64,000 nucleotides of DNA from Candidatus Krumholzibacteriia bacterium (GTDB lineage Bacteria; Krumholzibacteriota; Krumholzibacteriia; JAJRXK01). Where the stretch lies: assembly GCA_029932915.1 (NCBI GenBank), contig JAOZPE010000001.1:32222-96221 (forward strand), in the 5' to 3' direction. The notes below the pieces were generated by a model. The model searched no databases, was not told where the DNA came from, and saw nothing but the letters and a program-made list of their open reading frames with translations. Of the stretch, positions 37,001 to 46,315 are shown one piece after another (the stretch's first letter is position 1; every line of letters begins with the position of its first letter). Both the position numbers and the translations under genes were made by a program.

Positions 37001-37879
37001 CAAATGCGCAAGGATGTCCCGGCGCAGGGTGGGCTGGGCATCGGCTGCGGCAAAGAAATGGCGGGCCGAGGCCTCGGTGTCCCCGGTGGCCAGGGCCAAT
37101 TCACCGAGGGTCTTCAACCAGGTACCGCGGACCTCCTCGCTGGTCCGGTGGTCGCGGATCTGCTCGAGCAGCGAGGACGCCACCTCGGGTTCGGCCGAAG
37201 CCGCACTGAGGAAGGAGCAGGCCAGGGCCTCCTCACCGGCCTGCAGGGCGCACAGTCCCACCGCGGCGGCCAGTTCAGGCGAACGGGAGTGGATCTTCAT
37301 CTCCGCCTGGCACAACGGCAGAAGGGCTTTCGCCTGGTCCGGGACGGTCTCCAGCAGCATCCGCACCGCGCGGGCGAAGTCCTCCGGACGCTTCTGGGCG
37401 TGGGCGATCCCCAATTGGGTGGTGTGGCCCACCCGGCTCAGTTCGTCGGAGGGGTTGGCGGCCAACGAGCGCAGACGGACTGCCAGCTTCTTGCGGTAGG
37501 TCTCCAGGTCGTCGTCGCTGAGTCGGCCGATGACCTCCATCGCCTCGTCGATCTGGGACTTGGCCAGGTAGCGATCGACGAGGAATTCCCCCAGGGGCAG
37601 GATGGGCTCGGCCTCGTAGCGCTCGGTGACCGCTTCCAGGACCCTTCCGCGGCTGTCGGGGGCGTAGCGCAGGAGACTCTTCAACCACCGCAGTCCAATC
37701 GCATGATCGCCCAGGTCGAAGGCCACCATGGCCGCCTCGTACTGGTAGTGCGGCGTGTCGGGATGTTTGCGGGCCCAGTCCTGGAGCTGCTTGAGGGCCT
37801 TTTCCAGTTGTCCCTTGCTGCGCAGGCCCTGGATCTTGCGGAGGTTTTTCTCGAGATTGCGGTCCATGGTGCTCCCCAT
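34052..37879 (-). CDS. Giant (1275 aa) TPR/alpha-solenoid protein
   Basis: Long ORF with TPR-like A..L..A...P patterns throughout. No signal peptide or catalytic motif recognised. Confidence 0.8.
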   Translation of the reverse strand: MGSTMDRNLEKNLRKIQGLRSKGQLEKALKQLQDWARKHPDTPHYQYEAAMVAFDLGDHAIGLRWLKSLLRYAPDSRGRVLEAVTERYEAEPILPLGEFLVDRYLAKSQIDEAMEVIGRLSDDDLETYRKKLAVRLRSLAANPSDELSRVGHTTQLGIAHAQKRPEDFARAVRMLLETVPDQAKALLPLCQAEMKIHSRSPELAAAVGLCALQAGEEALACSFLSAASAEPEVASSLLEQIRDHRTSEEVRGTWLKTLGELALATGDTEASARHFFAAADAQPTLRRDILAHLENLPPSLEPSAAAPLWKLQLRLLVVMRKFNTVPQLIERLRKEGQVDPEELQALMGEGNDDGPAEAEMSYLLADAALQAKDLHAAAIHANEIPDQDEHTLNKLIRSIEKVLPQWEDEGRFELTAMQAVLYARLGQQHGANDTLAELWEQESDPRPLFAVTETCLQRIHPSARLLSAMLQPALEHGRSDLLAQALDGLLRHNAEDFKWTADDLVAHMDEHPEHAEHILKLLDGVDRELGASQLLRYPVACAALSCHQIQRAVPEFQILLMARPQLAEDVLSRLRRALVEEPDDADLNLAAFDLLWEAKEEEEAGQCLSRALRAQPERIEELSERFEQLLEKAPENSTLWLEYGEALYSVSRFSQLDALIQRAIVSSLAPTALADLRLLQARVLMDEGRLDDAVSHLELLLQEQEVSPQKAVETLRRLTEIDPDHGRAQFLLGLASHRANDPDTAVTAFCTAARQDRSLVAEVAQRLDALLSVPSVTGEHILQVADFDRRFRDADTAARGYERALRLQPEMADRILASLSEEIANPTAATPLRYAAARAARTAGKLEESCRILTEIYSQDTDEFKRVTTELRLSAREHPDELLPIHTSARILLAHKQIDSAAQLIVSAIGDGSHPVEERRAILEEFHQRIPEHGGLTMELAKLHVEAGERDEAARLLWKVVANEDLDVDRALAICRQALDGASEHGELRLLHHDLLLRLGRVEEALEALPDPSALGQDRQEALSERLAAAPRRGHVRVLFVLNQAESLRQAGRREESVAVLRKAFEKAEGEDRVRLGSELARGLEHLGRHDEALEIFKGLAHGDMEWTEIYAMVGRWKIERLDRESKALRERIENDPGDDEARLTLAALLLERDEAEEAAATLSEANCAGEQALRRACLLADAYLRRDRVTRAEAVLKSIESRAEDFWVDEIGWRLAECAARSGRHAEAFARYQLLFDNQRYGTRARERASKAYGRYLSDLAGEYKAVLSKVSTL

Positions 37880-38006
37880 GCGGGCAAAATGCGGATTTCA
37901 GGCCCCGCTGAGCGGTGGTCGCAGGGGCCCCGGCTTCAGCAGCGAAAGTCGTACCAATCGGCCGCTACGGGGACGGATCTTCCGCCACGGGAAGCCGGCG
38001 GGAACG

Positions 38007-38039
38007 AAAAGACTCCCCACCCGGGCAGGGGGGGAGTCT
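38007..38039 (-). terminator. Rho-independent terminator downstream of the Fn3 lipoprotein gene
   Basis: Stem AGACTCCCC/GGGGAGTCT followed by a T-run on the minus strand. Confidence 0.7.
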
Positions 38040-38067
38040 CGTGGGCCGAATCGGAACGGTGCGGCGA

Positions 38068-38502
38068 TCAGCGTGCCCGAGGCTGGGGCAGATCCGGATC
38101 GGGAACGGTCACCTGGACCGGAGCGCTGCGGCCGCTCTCGTTGCGATGGATGTCGCGGGCCGCCACCGAGTACCAGTAGGTGTGTCCCGGCTGGGCGTCG
38201 GTGTCCACGTAGGAGTTGGTGGTGACCGTGCCGTGGGTCAGGGGCAGATAGCCCGAGTCGGCCGCGTTGCTGCGGTAGACCACGTAGCCCGCCAGATCGG
38301 GATCGACCGTGTTGGCGGCCCAGCTCAGGGACACCGACGAAGTCGTCAGGATGTCACCGGAGAGATCCAGCGGGATGGTGGGGGGAACCGTGTCCAGGGT
38401 CGGATCGGTGGTGCCGACCTCGTTGCTGCAGCCGGCGAAGAGCGCGAACGAAACCGTCGCCACCACCAGCAGGATGAGAGAAACGCGGGGGGTGCTTGCC
38501 AT
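38068..38502 (-). CDS. Small lipoprotein with a single fibronectin type III domain
   Basis: Lipobox FAGC; DTVPP..P..L...V.LSW....DLAGY.VYRS...Y.D......YWYSVAA.D...NES. GGAGG RBS. Confidence 0.85.
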   Translation of the reverse strand: MASTPRVSLILLVVATVSFALFAGCSNEVGTTDPTLDTVPPTIPLDLSGDILTTSSVSLSWAANTVDPDLAGYVVYRSNAADSGYLPLTHGTVTTNSYVDTDAQPGHTYWYSVAARDIHRNESGRSAPVQVTVPDPDLPQPRAR

Positions 38503-38626
38503 GATCAGGGACCTCCACTCCAGACAGATGCAGAATCGAGTCGCGTCGTCCATCGGGCGCCGCATCGACCCCCGCCTACGGCGGGATCCTCCCGGTCGAA
38601 TGCGCGCTCCCCGTTCCTGCCTTTCG

Positions 38627-38695
38627 AGCAAAGGAAGTGCCAGCCTTCCGGGCCGTCTGGGTGGATTCTTCAAGTTATTGAAAACACATCAGTTG
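38627..38695 (-). promoter_or_regulatory. sigma54 promoter TGGCAC-TTCCT-TTGCT with adjacent IHF-like sites
   Basis: Consensus -24/-12 element at 38642-38627 (minus strand). AT-rich CTTCAA-GTTA-TTG at 38668-38680. Confidence 0.75.
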
Positions 38696-38861
38696 AGTGG
38701 TCATTGGGCAAATCCCGCAGGCGGCGGTGAGCAAGATCCGTCGCCTCGGCCCCTCCGTCCTCCTCATTTTGAAAGCCCCAGGGAGAATCTGCACGGCCGC
38801 CCGCCGACGGCGACCGGCGGGTGGGGAAGGCGGTGCGCGGGGACTTGGCCCAAAGTCCATG

Positions 38862-38890
38862 TTGACAACAGGTTAGATGGGGCGTATCCC
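38862..38890 (+). promoter_or_regulatory. sigma70-like promoter TTGACA-N17-TATCCC
   Basis: Perfect -35 hexamer, 17-bp spacer, upstream of the HU/IHF gene. Confidence 0.5.
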
Positions 38891-38971
38891 TTGAGACGCG
38901 GCTGGGGACGGTTCCGGCCGGCCGGAGAGGGGTTTCTCCGGTTTCGATCTCTCCATCCCACGGGTGTTCCC

Positions 38972-39250
38972 ATGACCAAACAGGACATCGTCGAGGACAT
39001 CGCCTTGCGGACCGGCCTCACCAAGAAGGAGGTCGCCGAAGCCGTCGAACTCTTCCTGAAGAAGATCGGCGAGGCGCTCGCGGAGGGAAAGCATCTGGAG
39101 ATCCGGGGCTTCGGCACCTTCAAGGTGAAGGAGCGCAAGGCCCGGATGGCGCGCAATCCCCGCACCGGCGAGGCGGTTCCCGTGCCCGAACGCCGGGTCC
39201 CCGTCTTCAAGGTGAGCAAGGTGCTCAAGGACCGGGTGGCCCTGACCTGA
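38972..39250 (+). CDS. HU/IHF-family DNA-binding protein
   Basis: MTK.DI..., EIRGFGTF, RNPRTGE, VFK.SK.LK; 92 aa. Confidence 0.95.
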   Translation: MTKQDIVEDIALRTGLTKKEVAEAVELFLKKIGEALAEGKHLEIRGFGTFKVKERKARMARNPRTGEAVPVPERRVPVFKVSKVLKDRVALT

Positions 39251-39328
39251 CCCTTCCAGGGACTCGATGCCCTCCGCCTGAGTCTTCCGCCGGTGGAGGA
39301 ATGAGCCTCAAAGCGGGACCATCCATCC

Positions 39329-40351
39329 ATGGAACGGCTCGATTTTCGAAGCGATACCATCACCCGTCCGGATGAGGCGATGCGTCATGTCATCGCGCAG
39401 GCCGAGGTCGGCGACGACGTCTTCGGAGACGATCCCACCGTCCTGCATCTGCAGGAGAGGGTGGCCGGGATGCTGGGCACCGAGGACGCGCTGTTCGTGC
39501 CCAGTGGAACCATGGGCAACCAGATCGCCCTGGCCCTGCATACCCAACCGGGCGACCAGATCATCCTCGAGGCCGACAGCCACATCTATCACTACGAAGC
39601 CGGAGCCGCGGCCGCCCTTTCCGGTCTGTGGCCCACTCTGGTCTCCGCCCCCGGCGGCGCGCTGCACTGGGCACAGGTGGAGGAGGTGCTGAACCCCGAT
39701 GACGTCCACAAGCCCCGTCCCGCGCTGGTCTGCCTGGAGAACACGCACAACCGGGCCGGTGGAGCAGTCGTTCCCCTCGAGCTCATCGACGAGGTGGCCG
39801 AAGGCTGCCATCGCCGCGGGCTGAAGCTGCATCTCGATGGGGCCCGCCTGTGGAACGCGGCCGTGGCGACGGGCATTCCCCTGGAGCGCTGGTGCCGGGG
39901 TGTCGATACCGTATCGGTCTGCTTCTCCAAGGGCCTCGGTGCGCCGGTGGGCTCGTGCCTGGCCGGCACGCGGGAGGACATGCAGGAGGCGCGGAGGTTG
40001 CGCAAGCGCCTCGGAGGGGGAATGCGTCAGGTGGGCCTGCTCGCGGCCGCCTGTCTGTACGCCCTCGATCACAATCTCGATCGTCTGGCCGAGGACCACG
40101 AGAACGCGCGTCTGATCGCCGAGGGTCTCGACCATCCCCGTCTGCGGGTGGCGGTGATGCCCGACACGAACATCCTGCTCATCGATCTGGACGAGGACAT
40201 CGCGGCCGACGGATTCTTGCATCTTCTCGCTGAGCGGGGTGTCCTGGGCGTGGCATTCGGCGAGCACCGCATCCGGCTGACCACCCACAAGGACGTCTCG
40301 CGTGAGGACTGCCGCAGGGCGGTCGAGATCCTCAATGGTCTGGAGATTTGA
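39329..40351 (+). CDS. ltaE: Low-specificity L-threonine aldolase
   Basis: DFRSDT, GDDVFGDDPT, SGTMGN, ENTHN, HLDGAR, CFSKGLGAPVG. Confidence 0.93.
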   Translation: MERLDFRSDTITRPDEAMRHVIAQAEVGDDVFGDDPTVLHLQERVAGMLGTEDALFVPSGTMGNQIALALHTQPGDQIILEADSHIYHYEAGAAAALSGLWPTLVSAPGGALHWAQVEEVLNPDDVHKPRPALVCLENTHNRAGGAVVPLELIDEVAEGCHRRGLKLHLDGARLWNAAVATGIPLERWCRGVDTVSVCFSKGLGAPVGSCLAGTREDMQEARRLRKRLGGGMRQVGLLAAACLYALDHNLDRLAEDHENARLIAEGLDHPRLRVAVMPDTNILLIDLDEDIAADGFLHLLAERGVLGVAFGEHRIRLTTHKDVSREDCRRAVEILNGLEI

Positions 40352-40375
40352 GATGAAGGCAAGGGAGGCCGGGCG

Positions 40376-41707
40376 ATGAAGATCATCATCGTCGGGGCGG
40401 GAGCGGTAGGTTCGATCGTGGCCGAGAGGCTCAGCCGCGCCAACCACGACGTCATCCTCATCGAAGCGGAGGACTCGGTGGTGGCCGAGGCGCAGGAGCA
40501 TCTGGATGCCCTGGTGCTGCAGGGCAACGGCGCCACCATCCCCGTTCTCAAGCAGGCCGAGGTCGAGAAGGCCGACATCCTCATCGCGGTCACCAACGTC
40601 GATGAGATCAACATCCTGGCGTGTCTCACCGCGCATCGTCTGGGTGTGCCCACCAAGGTCGCCCGGGTGCGCAACGAGGAGTACTACGTCGGCGAGAAGG
40701 CGTGTTTCGACGAGATCGACCACCTCATCAATCCCGACCGCGAGGCGGTCAAGGCGCTGCACGAACTGTTGATCAAGCAGGCGGCCACGGACATCTACGA
40801 GTTCGCCGAAGGACGGGTGCAGGTGATCGGGGCCCGGGTCGGCGCGGGCGCGATGGTGGTGGGCAAGAGTCTCGGAGAGATCGGCCGCGAGATCGGATCG
40901 CGCTGGGCCCTGGTGGCGTCGATCACCCGCGGAGGAAAGACCATCATTCCCTGCGGCGAGGATGTCCTGCAGGAGGACGACCAGGTCTTCCTGGTGGGCC
41001 GGCGCGGCAAGATCGAGGAGAGCCTGAAGTATCTGGCCCTGCCCACCGCTCCGGTCGAATCGGTGATGATCGCCGGCGCCAATCCCATCGGGGTGAGTCT
41101 GACCCGCATGCTCAGTGAGCGGGGCATCGCGGTGAAGTTGCTGGAACCCGATTCGTCGCTGGCGCACAAGGCCAGCATGAAATTGGACAATGCACTGGTC
41201 CTGCTGGGCGATCCCACCGATCTGGAGTTCCTCCAGAGCGAGGGCCTGGAGGACGTCGACGGGTTCGTCGCCGTCAGCGAGGACGACGACATGAATCTCA
41301 TGGCCAGCCTCCTCGCCCGCACCCACGGTGCGCGCAAGACCATCGCGCTGATCCGGCGTCCAAACTACGTTCCCCTGCTGTCGACCATCGGGGTGGACGC
41401 CGCCGTCTCACCGCGCCTGTCGACCGCCGATGCGATCATGCGCTACTTCCGCCGGGGCAACATGTTGAGCCTCACCTCGCTCAAGGAGAACGAGGCGGAG
41501 ATCATCGAACTCGAGGCGACGGAGAAGTCGAAGGTGGTGGGTGTCCCCATCTCCGAGCTCGAATTCGTGGACAACGCCCTGTTGGGCGCCATCATCAAAC
41601 CGTATCAAGTGGTGATCCCCCGCGGCGGCGACGTGATCGAGGCCGGCGACAAGGTGCTGGTCTTCGCGCTTCCCAAGGCGGTCTCGGCCGTACAGAAACT
41701 CTTCTAG
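40376..41707 (+). CDS. trkA: Trk potassium uptake regulatory subunit
   Basis: MKIIIVGAGAVG and two RCK N/C repeats; 443 aa. Confidence 0.93.
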   Translation: MKIIIVGAGAVGSIVAERLSRANHDVILIEAEDSVVAEAQEHLDALVLQGNGATIPVLKQAEVEKADILIAVTNVDEINILACLTAHRLGVPTKVARVRNEEYYVGEKACFDEIDHLINPDREAVKALHELLIKQAATDIYEFAEGRVQVIGARVGAGAMVVGKSLGEIGREIGSRWALVASITRGGKTIIPCGEDVLQEDDQVFLVGRRGKIEESLKYLALPTAPVESVMIAGANPIGVSLTRMLSERGIAVKLLEPDSSLAHKASMKLDNALVLLGDPTDLEFLQSEGLEDVDGFVAVSEDDDMNLMASLLARTHGARKTIALIRRPNYVPLLSTIGVDAAVSPRLSTADAIMRYFRRGNMLSLTSLKENEAEIIELEATEKSKVVGVPISELEFVDNALLGAIIKPYQVVIPRGGDVIEAGDKVLVFALPKAVSAVQKLF

Positions 41708-41713
41708 CGGCAG

Positions 41714-43168
41714 GTGACGAAGGTGAACCCCCGCGTGGTCCTGAAGGTCCTGGGTCTGCTCGTCTTCGCCACGGCATCGGCCATGATCCTGCCTCTGGCC
41801 GCCGCGTTCTACTACGGCGAGAGCGAAGCTGTCATCTTCAGCGCGTGCATGGTCGGCGGTGTGCTGGTGGGGGGTGGACTCGCCCTCTTCGGCCGCGGCC
41901 GCCACGATCTCAGTGGCCGAGACGGCTTCCTCATCGTCACCTTCGGCTGGCTCGTGGTGGCCCTGATCGGTGCCCTGCCCTTCGTCATCAGCGGTTCCAT
42001 CCCCGACTTCACCGACGCCTACTTCGAGTCGATGAGCGGTTTCACCACCACCGGTGCGAGCATCCTCACCGACATCGAGGCCCAGCCCCATTCGATGCTC
42101 TTGTGGCGCTCACTGGTGCAGTGGCTCGGGGGAATGGGCATCGTGGTGTTGAGCCTGGCCATCCTTCCCGTCCTGGGCATCGGGGGAATGCAGCTCTTCC
42201 GGGCCGAGGCGCCCGGTCCCACCCCCGACCGCCTGACCCCGCGTATCAAGGAGACGGCCAAACTGCTGTGGGGAGTCTACGTGCTGATCTCCGCGGCGGA
42301 GGTCCTGGCCCTGGTGCTCACCGGCCTGTCCCCCTACGACGCCCTGTGCCATACCTTCACCACCATGGCCACCGGAGGTTTCTCCACCCGGAACGCCTCG
42401 GTGGCCGCCTTCGGCAATCCGGCGGCGGAGATCGTCATCACCGTCTTCATGTTCATCGCCGGGGCGAACTTCTCGCTGCACTTCTCCGCGTTGCGGGGAC
42501 GTCTGGGCAGCTATTTCCGCGACGACGAGTTCAAGACCTATCTCACCGTCACCGTGGCGGCGTCGGCCATCATCTTCCTCTCGAACCTGCATCTGGGAGA
42601 GATGGCGATCGGGAGGAACCTGCGGGGCAGTGTCTTCCAGGTGGTTTCCATCCTGACCACCACCGGTTTCGGGACCGAGGACTACGAACGGTGGGGACAC
42701 ATGGCGGTGTACCTGCTGCTGGTGTTGATGTTCATCGGCGGATCGGCGGGCTCCACCGGGGGCGGGATGAAGAACGTCCGCTTTCTGATCTTCCTGCGGC
42801 ATGCCTTCAACGAACTGCGCAAGTTGCTGCACCCGCGAGGGGTCTACGCCATCCGTTTCAACCACGCTGCGGTCGCTCCGGAGATCGTGACCAACATCCT
42901 CGGCTTCATCCTCCTGATGACGATCATCACGACCGTGGCCACCTTCCTGATGACCCTGGTCGGGTTGGATCTGGTCTCGGCGTTCTCCAGCGTGGCCGCC
43001 ACGCTGAACAACATCGGCCCCGGAGCGGGCAGTGTCGGGCCCACCGACAACTACGCGCATGTTCCGGTGATCGGGAAGTGGGTTCTCATCTTCTGCATGC
43101 TCCTCGGGAGGCTCGAGATCTATACTGTGCTCGTTCTCTTCGCTCCGGAGTTCTGGCGCCGGCATTGA
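41714..43168 (+). CDS. trkH: Trk potassium uptake membrane subunit
   Basis: FESMSGFTTTG, WLGGMG, TGGFS, TTTGF, GSTGGGMK, NIGPG, MLLGRLE. Confidence 0.95.
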   Translation: MTKVNPRVVLKVLGLLVFATASAMILPLAAAFYYGESEAVIFSACMVGGVLVGGGLALFGRGRHDLSGRDGFLIVTFGWLVVALIGALPFVISGSIPDFTDAYFESMSGFTTTGASILTDIEAQPHSMLLWRSLVQWLGGMGIVVLSLAILPVLGIGGMQLFRAEAPGPTPDRLTPRIKETAKLLWGVYVLISAAEVLALVLTGLSPYDALCHTFTTMATGGFSTRNASVAAFGNPAAEIVITVFMFIAGANFSLHFSALRGRLGSYFRDDEFKTYLTVTVAASAIIFLSNLHLGEMAIGRNLRGSVFQVVSILTTTGFGTEDYERWGHMAVYLLLVLMFIGGSAGSTGGGMKNVRFLIFLRHAFNELRKLLHPRGVYAIRFNHAAVAPEIVTNILGFILLMTIITTVATFLMTLVGLDLVSAFSSVAATLNNIGPGAGSVGPTDNYAHVPVIGKWVLIFCMLLGRLEIYTVLVLFAPEFWRRH

Positions 43169-43255
43169 GATCATCGGAGCCGAGGGGGCAAGGGGGAACG
43201 AGGGTGCCGGCCCCGACGGAACCGTAGTCGTGTACCTGCAAGGAAAGGGAAGGAC

Positions 43256-44149
43256 ATGGACCTGAGAATCGGCCTGGCACAGTGTGATCTCCGCCTGGGC
43301 GATGTGACGGCCAACGCGGAGGAACACCGCAAGTGGATCGAACGGGCGCGGAAGGAGGGGGTCGACCTGCTGGTGTTCCCCGAGCTCTCCCTCACCGGCT
43401 ATCTCCTGCAGGACATGGTGGGTGACGTCGCCCTGCGCGCGGACGATCCGGTCCTGGGGAAACTGGCCGCCGATGCGGGCGAGATGTCCGTCATCGCGGG
43501 AGGAATCGAGGAGAGCGAGGAGCACGCCCAGTACATCGCCTCGTTCTACATGGAAGAGGGAGCGGTCCGTCATGTGCACCGGAAGGTGTACCTGGCCAGC
43601 TACGGCGTCTTCGACGAGGCGCGCTTCGTCGGCGCCGGAGGAAGCATCGCCGCCGCCGACACCCGCTTCGGAAGACTCGGCCTGTCCATCTGCGAGGATG
43701 CCTGGCACCCCTCCATGATCACCACCTTGCTGCTCGATGGCGCCCAGCTCGTGGTGGTCCAGACCGCCAGCCCGGTGCGCGACCTCCGGGAAGGGGAGAT
43801 CCCCCAGAACGCGCTGACCTGGGTCGATACCCTGCGGACCTACGCCCGGCTCTACGGTTGCTACATCGCCTTCTGCAACCGGGTGGGAGCCGAGGATGGA
43901 CTCGTGTTCTGGGGGCGCAGCGTCCTCATCGGTCCCGACGGTGAGGAGATCGCCGTCGGTGCGCTCTACGATGAGGACCTGGTGGTTGCCAAGATCGACT
44001 TCGAGCGGGTACGGCAGGCGCGTCTGAGCAACCCGGTGCTGCGGGACGAGAAGCTCGACCTGACCCGGCGGGAGTGGTCGCGCATCGCGGAGCGCCGCAG
44101 CCGTGCCGCCGGCGGTGATGGCGAGATGGAAGGGGAGCAGGGGTCATGA
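43256..44149 (+). CDS. Nitrilase-family amidohydrolase (probable glutaminase subunit of NAD synthetase)
   Basis: E-K-C triad motifs [19 protein letters not shown] and ICEDAWH. Overlaps nadE. Confidence 0.85.
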   Translation: MDLRIGLAQCDLRLGDVTANAEEHRKWIERARKEGVDLLVFPELSLTGYLLQDMVGDVALRADDPVLGKLAADAGEMSVIAGGIEESEEHAQYIASFYMEEGAVRHVHRKVYLASYGVFDEARFVGAGGSIAAADTRFGRLGLSICEDAWHPSMITTLLLDGAQLVVVQTASPVRDLREGEIPQNALTWVDTLRTYARLYGCYIAFCNRVGAEDGLVFWGRSVLIGPDGEEIAVGALYDEDLVVAKIDFERVRQARLSNPVLRDEKLDLTRREWSRIAERRSRAAGGDGEMEGEQGS

Positions 44150-45003
44150 ACGCCGGCTCGTCGCCCCCTTCTCCCCATGCCGGCGATCTGCCCCGTCTCG
44201 ATGACGAGGCGGTGGTCTCGGTCCTGTGCCGGGGTCTGCGGCGGGAGGTCCAGCGCGCTGCTTTCTCCAAGGTCGTACTGGGACTCTCCGGCGGGATCGA
44301 CTCCACGCTGGTGGCCTATCTGGCGGCGCGTGCGTTCTCCCCGGAGAACGTCCTGGCCCTGCTCATGCCCTACCGCAGCAGCTCGGCCGACAGCCTCCGG
44401 CACGGGCGCGTGGTGGTGGACGCTCTGGGCATCCGGGCAGTCGAGGAGGAGATCACCCCGCAGATCGATGCCTACTTCGAACGGCACGGCGAAGCCGACC
44501 GCTCGCGCCGGGGCAACAAGATGGCGCGCGAGCGCATGACCATCCTCTACGACCACAGTCAGGCCGAAGGCGCCCTCGTCCTGGGAACCTCCAACAAGAC
44601 CGAGCTGCTGCTGGGCTACTCGACCATCTACGGCGATTCGGCCAGCGCGGTGAATCCCATCGGCGATCTGTACAAGACCCAGGTCTTCGCCGTCTCCCGC
44701 TGGTTGGGGGTGCCCGAGGAGATCGTGGACAAGGCGCCCAGCGCCGATCTGTGGGTGGGCCAGACCGACGAGGACGAGCTGGGTTTCTCCTACGCCGAGG
44801 TCGATCGCCTGCTCTACCACATGGTCGATCGCCGCGAACGCCGGCAGGGCTTGCTGCGCTTGGGTTTCTCGGCCGAGCTCATCGACCGCGTCTTCGAGCT
44901 GATGCGCCGAAGCCAGTACAAGCGGAAGATGCCGGTCATCGTGAAGCTGAGCAATCGCACCGTCGACAAGGACTTCCTCTATCCCCGCGACTGGACCGGA
45001 TGA
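44146..45003 (+). CDS. nadE: NAD+ synthetase
   Basis: [48 protein letters not shown]. Confidence 0.95.
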   Translation: MNAGSSPPSPHAGDLPRLDDEAVVSVLCRGLRREVQRAAFSKVVLGLSGGIDSTLVAYLAARAFSPENVLALLMPYRSSSADSLRHGRVVVDALGIRAVEEEITPQIDAYFERHGEADRSRRGNKMARERMTILYDHSQAEGALVLGTSNKTELLLGYSTIYGDSASAVNPIGDLYKTQVFAVSRWLGVPEEIVDKAPSADLWVGQTDEDELGFSYAEVDRLLYHMVDRRERRQGLLRLGFSAELIDRVFELMRRSQYKRKMPVIVKLSNRTVDKDFLYPRDWTG

Positions 45004-45677
45004 CCGCCGTGCTCACCCTCGTCGCCACCCCCATCGGCAATGTCGACGACCTGCCGCCTCGCGCGATCGAGGTGATGCGGCGCGCCCAGTGGCTCTACGC
45101 GGAGGACACCCGGCACACCGGACGCCTGCTGGCGCGTCTGGGTATCGAGAAGAAGCTCCGTTCGTGCCACGATCACAACGAGAGACAGAGGGCCGAGGAG
45201 ATCGTCGCCCATCTTCGCCGTGGGGAGGAGGTCGCCCTGGTGAGCGACGCCGGAATGCCGGGTGTGGCCGACCCCGGTTACCGGGTGGTCCGCGCGGCGA
45301 TCGAGGCCGGTTTCGCGGTGAGCATGGTTCCCGGTCCGTCGAGCATCCTCATGGCCCTGGTCCTCAGCGGTTTCCCCACCGACCGCTTCGTCTTCGAGGG
45401 CTGGATGGCCCGCCGTCAAGGGCGTCTGCGCGCACAGATCGAGAGTTGGGTGGATGAGGAGAGGACCATCGTGGTCCTCGAATCGAACCACCGTCTGCTC
45501 AAGAGCCTGCCGCTGCTTGCCGAACTGCTTCCCCAGCGGCCGATGGCCGTCTGCCGCGAGTTGACCAAGCTCCATGAGGAGATCCGGCGCGGAAGCGCGG
45601 CCCAGCTCCTCGATCACTACCGCGAGCACCGTCCCAAGGGCGAGATCGTCCTGGTGATCGCCCCCGGCTTGGCTTGA
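45000..45677 (+). CDS. rsmI: 16S rRNA (C1402) 2'-O-methyltransferase
   Basis: VATPIGN, AEDTR, VSDAGMP...[21 protein letters not shown] overlap with nadE. Confidence 0.93.
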   Translation: MTAVLTLVATPIGNVDDLPPRAIEVMRRAQWLYAEDTRHTGRLLARLGIEKKLRSCHDHNERQRAEEIVAHLRRGEEVALVSDAGMPGVADPGYRVVRAAIEAGFAVSMVPGPSSILMALVLSGFPTDRFVFEGWMARRQGRLRAQIESWVDEERTIVVLESNHRLLKSLPLLAELLPQRPMAVCRELTKLHEEIRRGSAAQLLDHYREHRPKGEIVLVIAPGLA

Positions 45678-45709
45678 CACCGTTCCATCGGCAGGGTTGA
45701 CTGACAGCC

Positions 45710-46315
45710 ATGAGCAAACTCGATCTCCACGATGCGGTACGGGGGAAGGTCACCCCACTCGTGGCCGCGCTGGACAGGGTGGGTTTCACCCCGACCAGCC
45801 TGACCTTCCTGGGTCTCCTTCTGAACTTCGGTGCAGCCTGGGTGGTGTGGGAAGGCCACCTCTTCTGGGGCGGACTGGCCTTCCTCCTGGCCAGCGCCTT
45901 CGACATGCTCGACGGGGCCCTGGCCCGCCGGCAGGGGAGGGTCACCGAGCTCGGCGCCTTCCTCGATTCCACCTTCGACCGGGTCAGCGAGACCGCACTC
46001 TTCGTCGCCCTCCTGCACGACCAGGCCCATCATGCCTATTCGCTGCCCTGGATCGGCGAGATCACCCTCATCGCGCTGGCCGGATCGCTGACCATCAGCT
46101 ATGCGCGGGCGCGGGCCGAGGGACTGCGGACCGAGTGCAAGGTGGGGTGGCTGGAACGACCGGAGCGCATCGTCCTGCTCGGGGTGGGTCTGCTCCTGGG
46201 GCGACCCGTCCTGGGTTTCGTGCTCTTCGCCCTGGCGCCCTTGACCTGGATCACGGTGATCCAGCGGATCGCCCACGTATGGCCCAAGCTGAATCGCCCG
46301 CCGCAGGACGATTGA
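45710..46315 (+). CDS. CDP-alcohol phosphatidyltransferase
   Basis: DMLDGALAR...GAFLDSTFDR signature, plus SYARARAE and ER.ER. Confidence 0.92.
   Translation: MSKLDLHDAVRGKVTPLVAALDRVGFTPTSLTFLGLLLNFGAAWVVWEGHLFWGGLAFLLASAFDMLDGALARRQGRVTELGAFLDSTFDRVSETALFVALLHDQAHHAYSLPWIGEITLIALAGSLTISYARARAEGLRTECKVGWLERPERIVLLGVGLLLGRPVLGFVLFALAPLTWITVIQRIAHVWPKLNRPPQDD

Noticed and set aside
35996-38179. Long alternative ORFs (e.g. 35996-38179 +, 39308-41326 -, 47957-49774 -, 56963-59200 -, 13756-15801 -)
   Set aside because: These are antisense or frame shadows of well-supported genes, expected in high-GC DNA, with no recognisable motifs.
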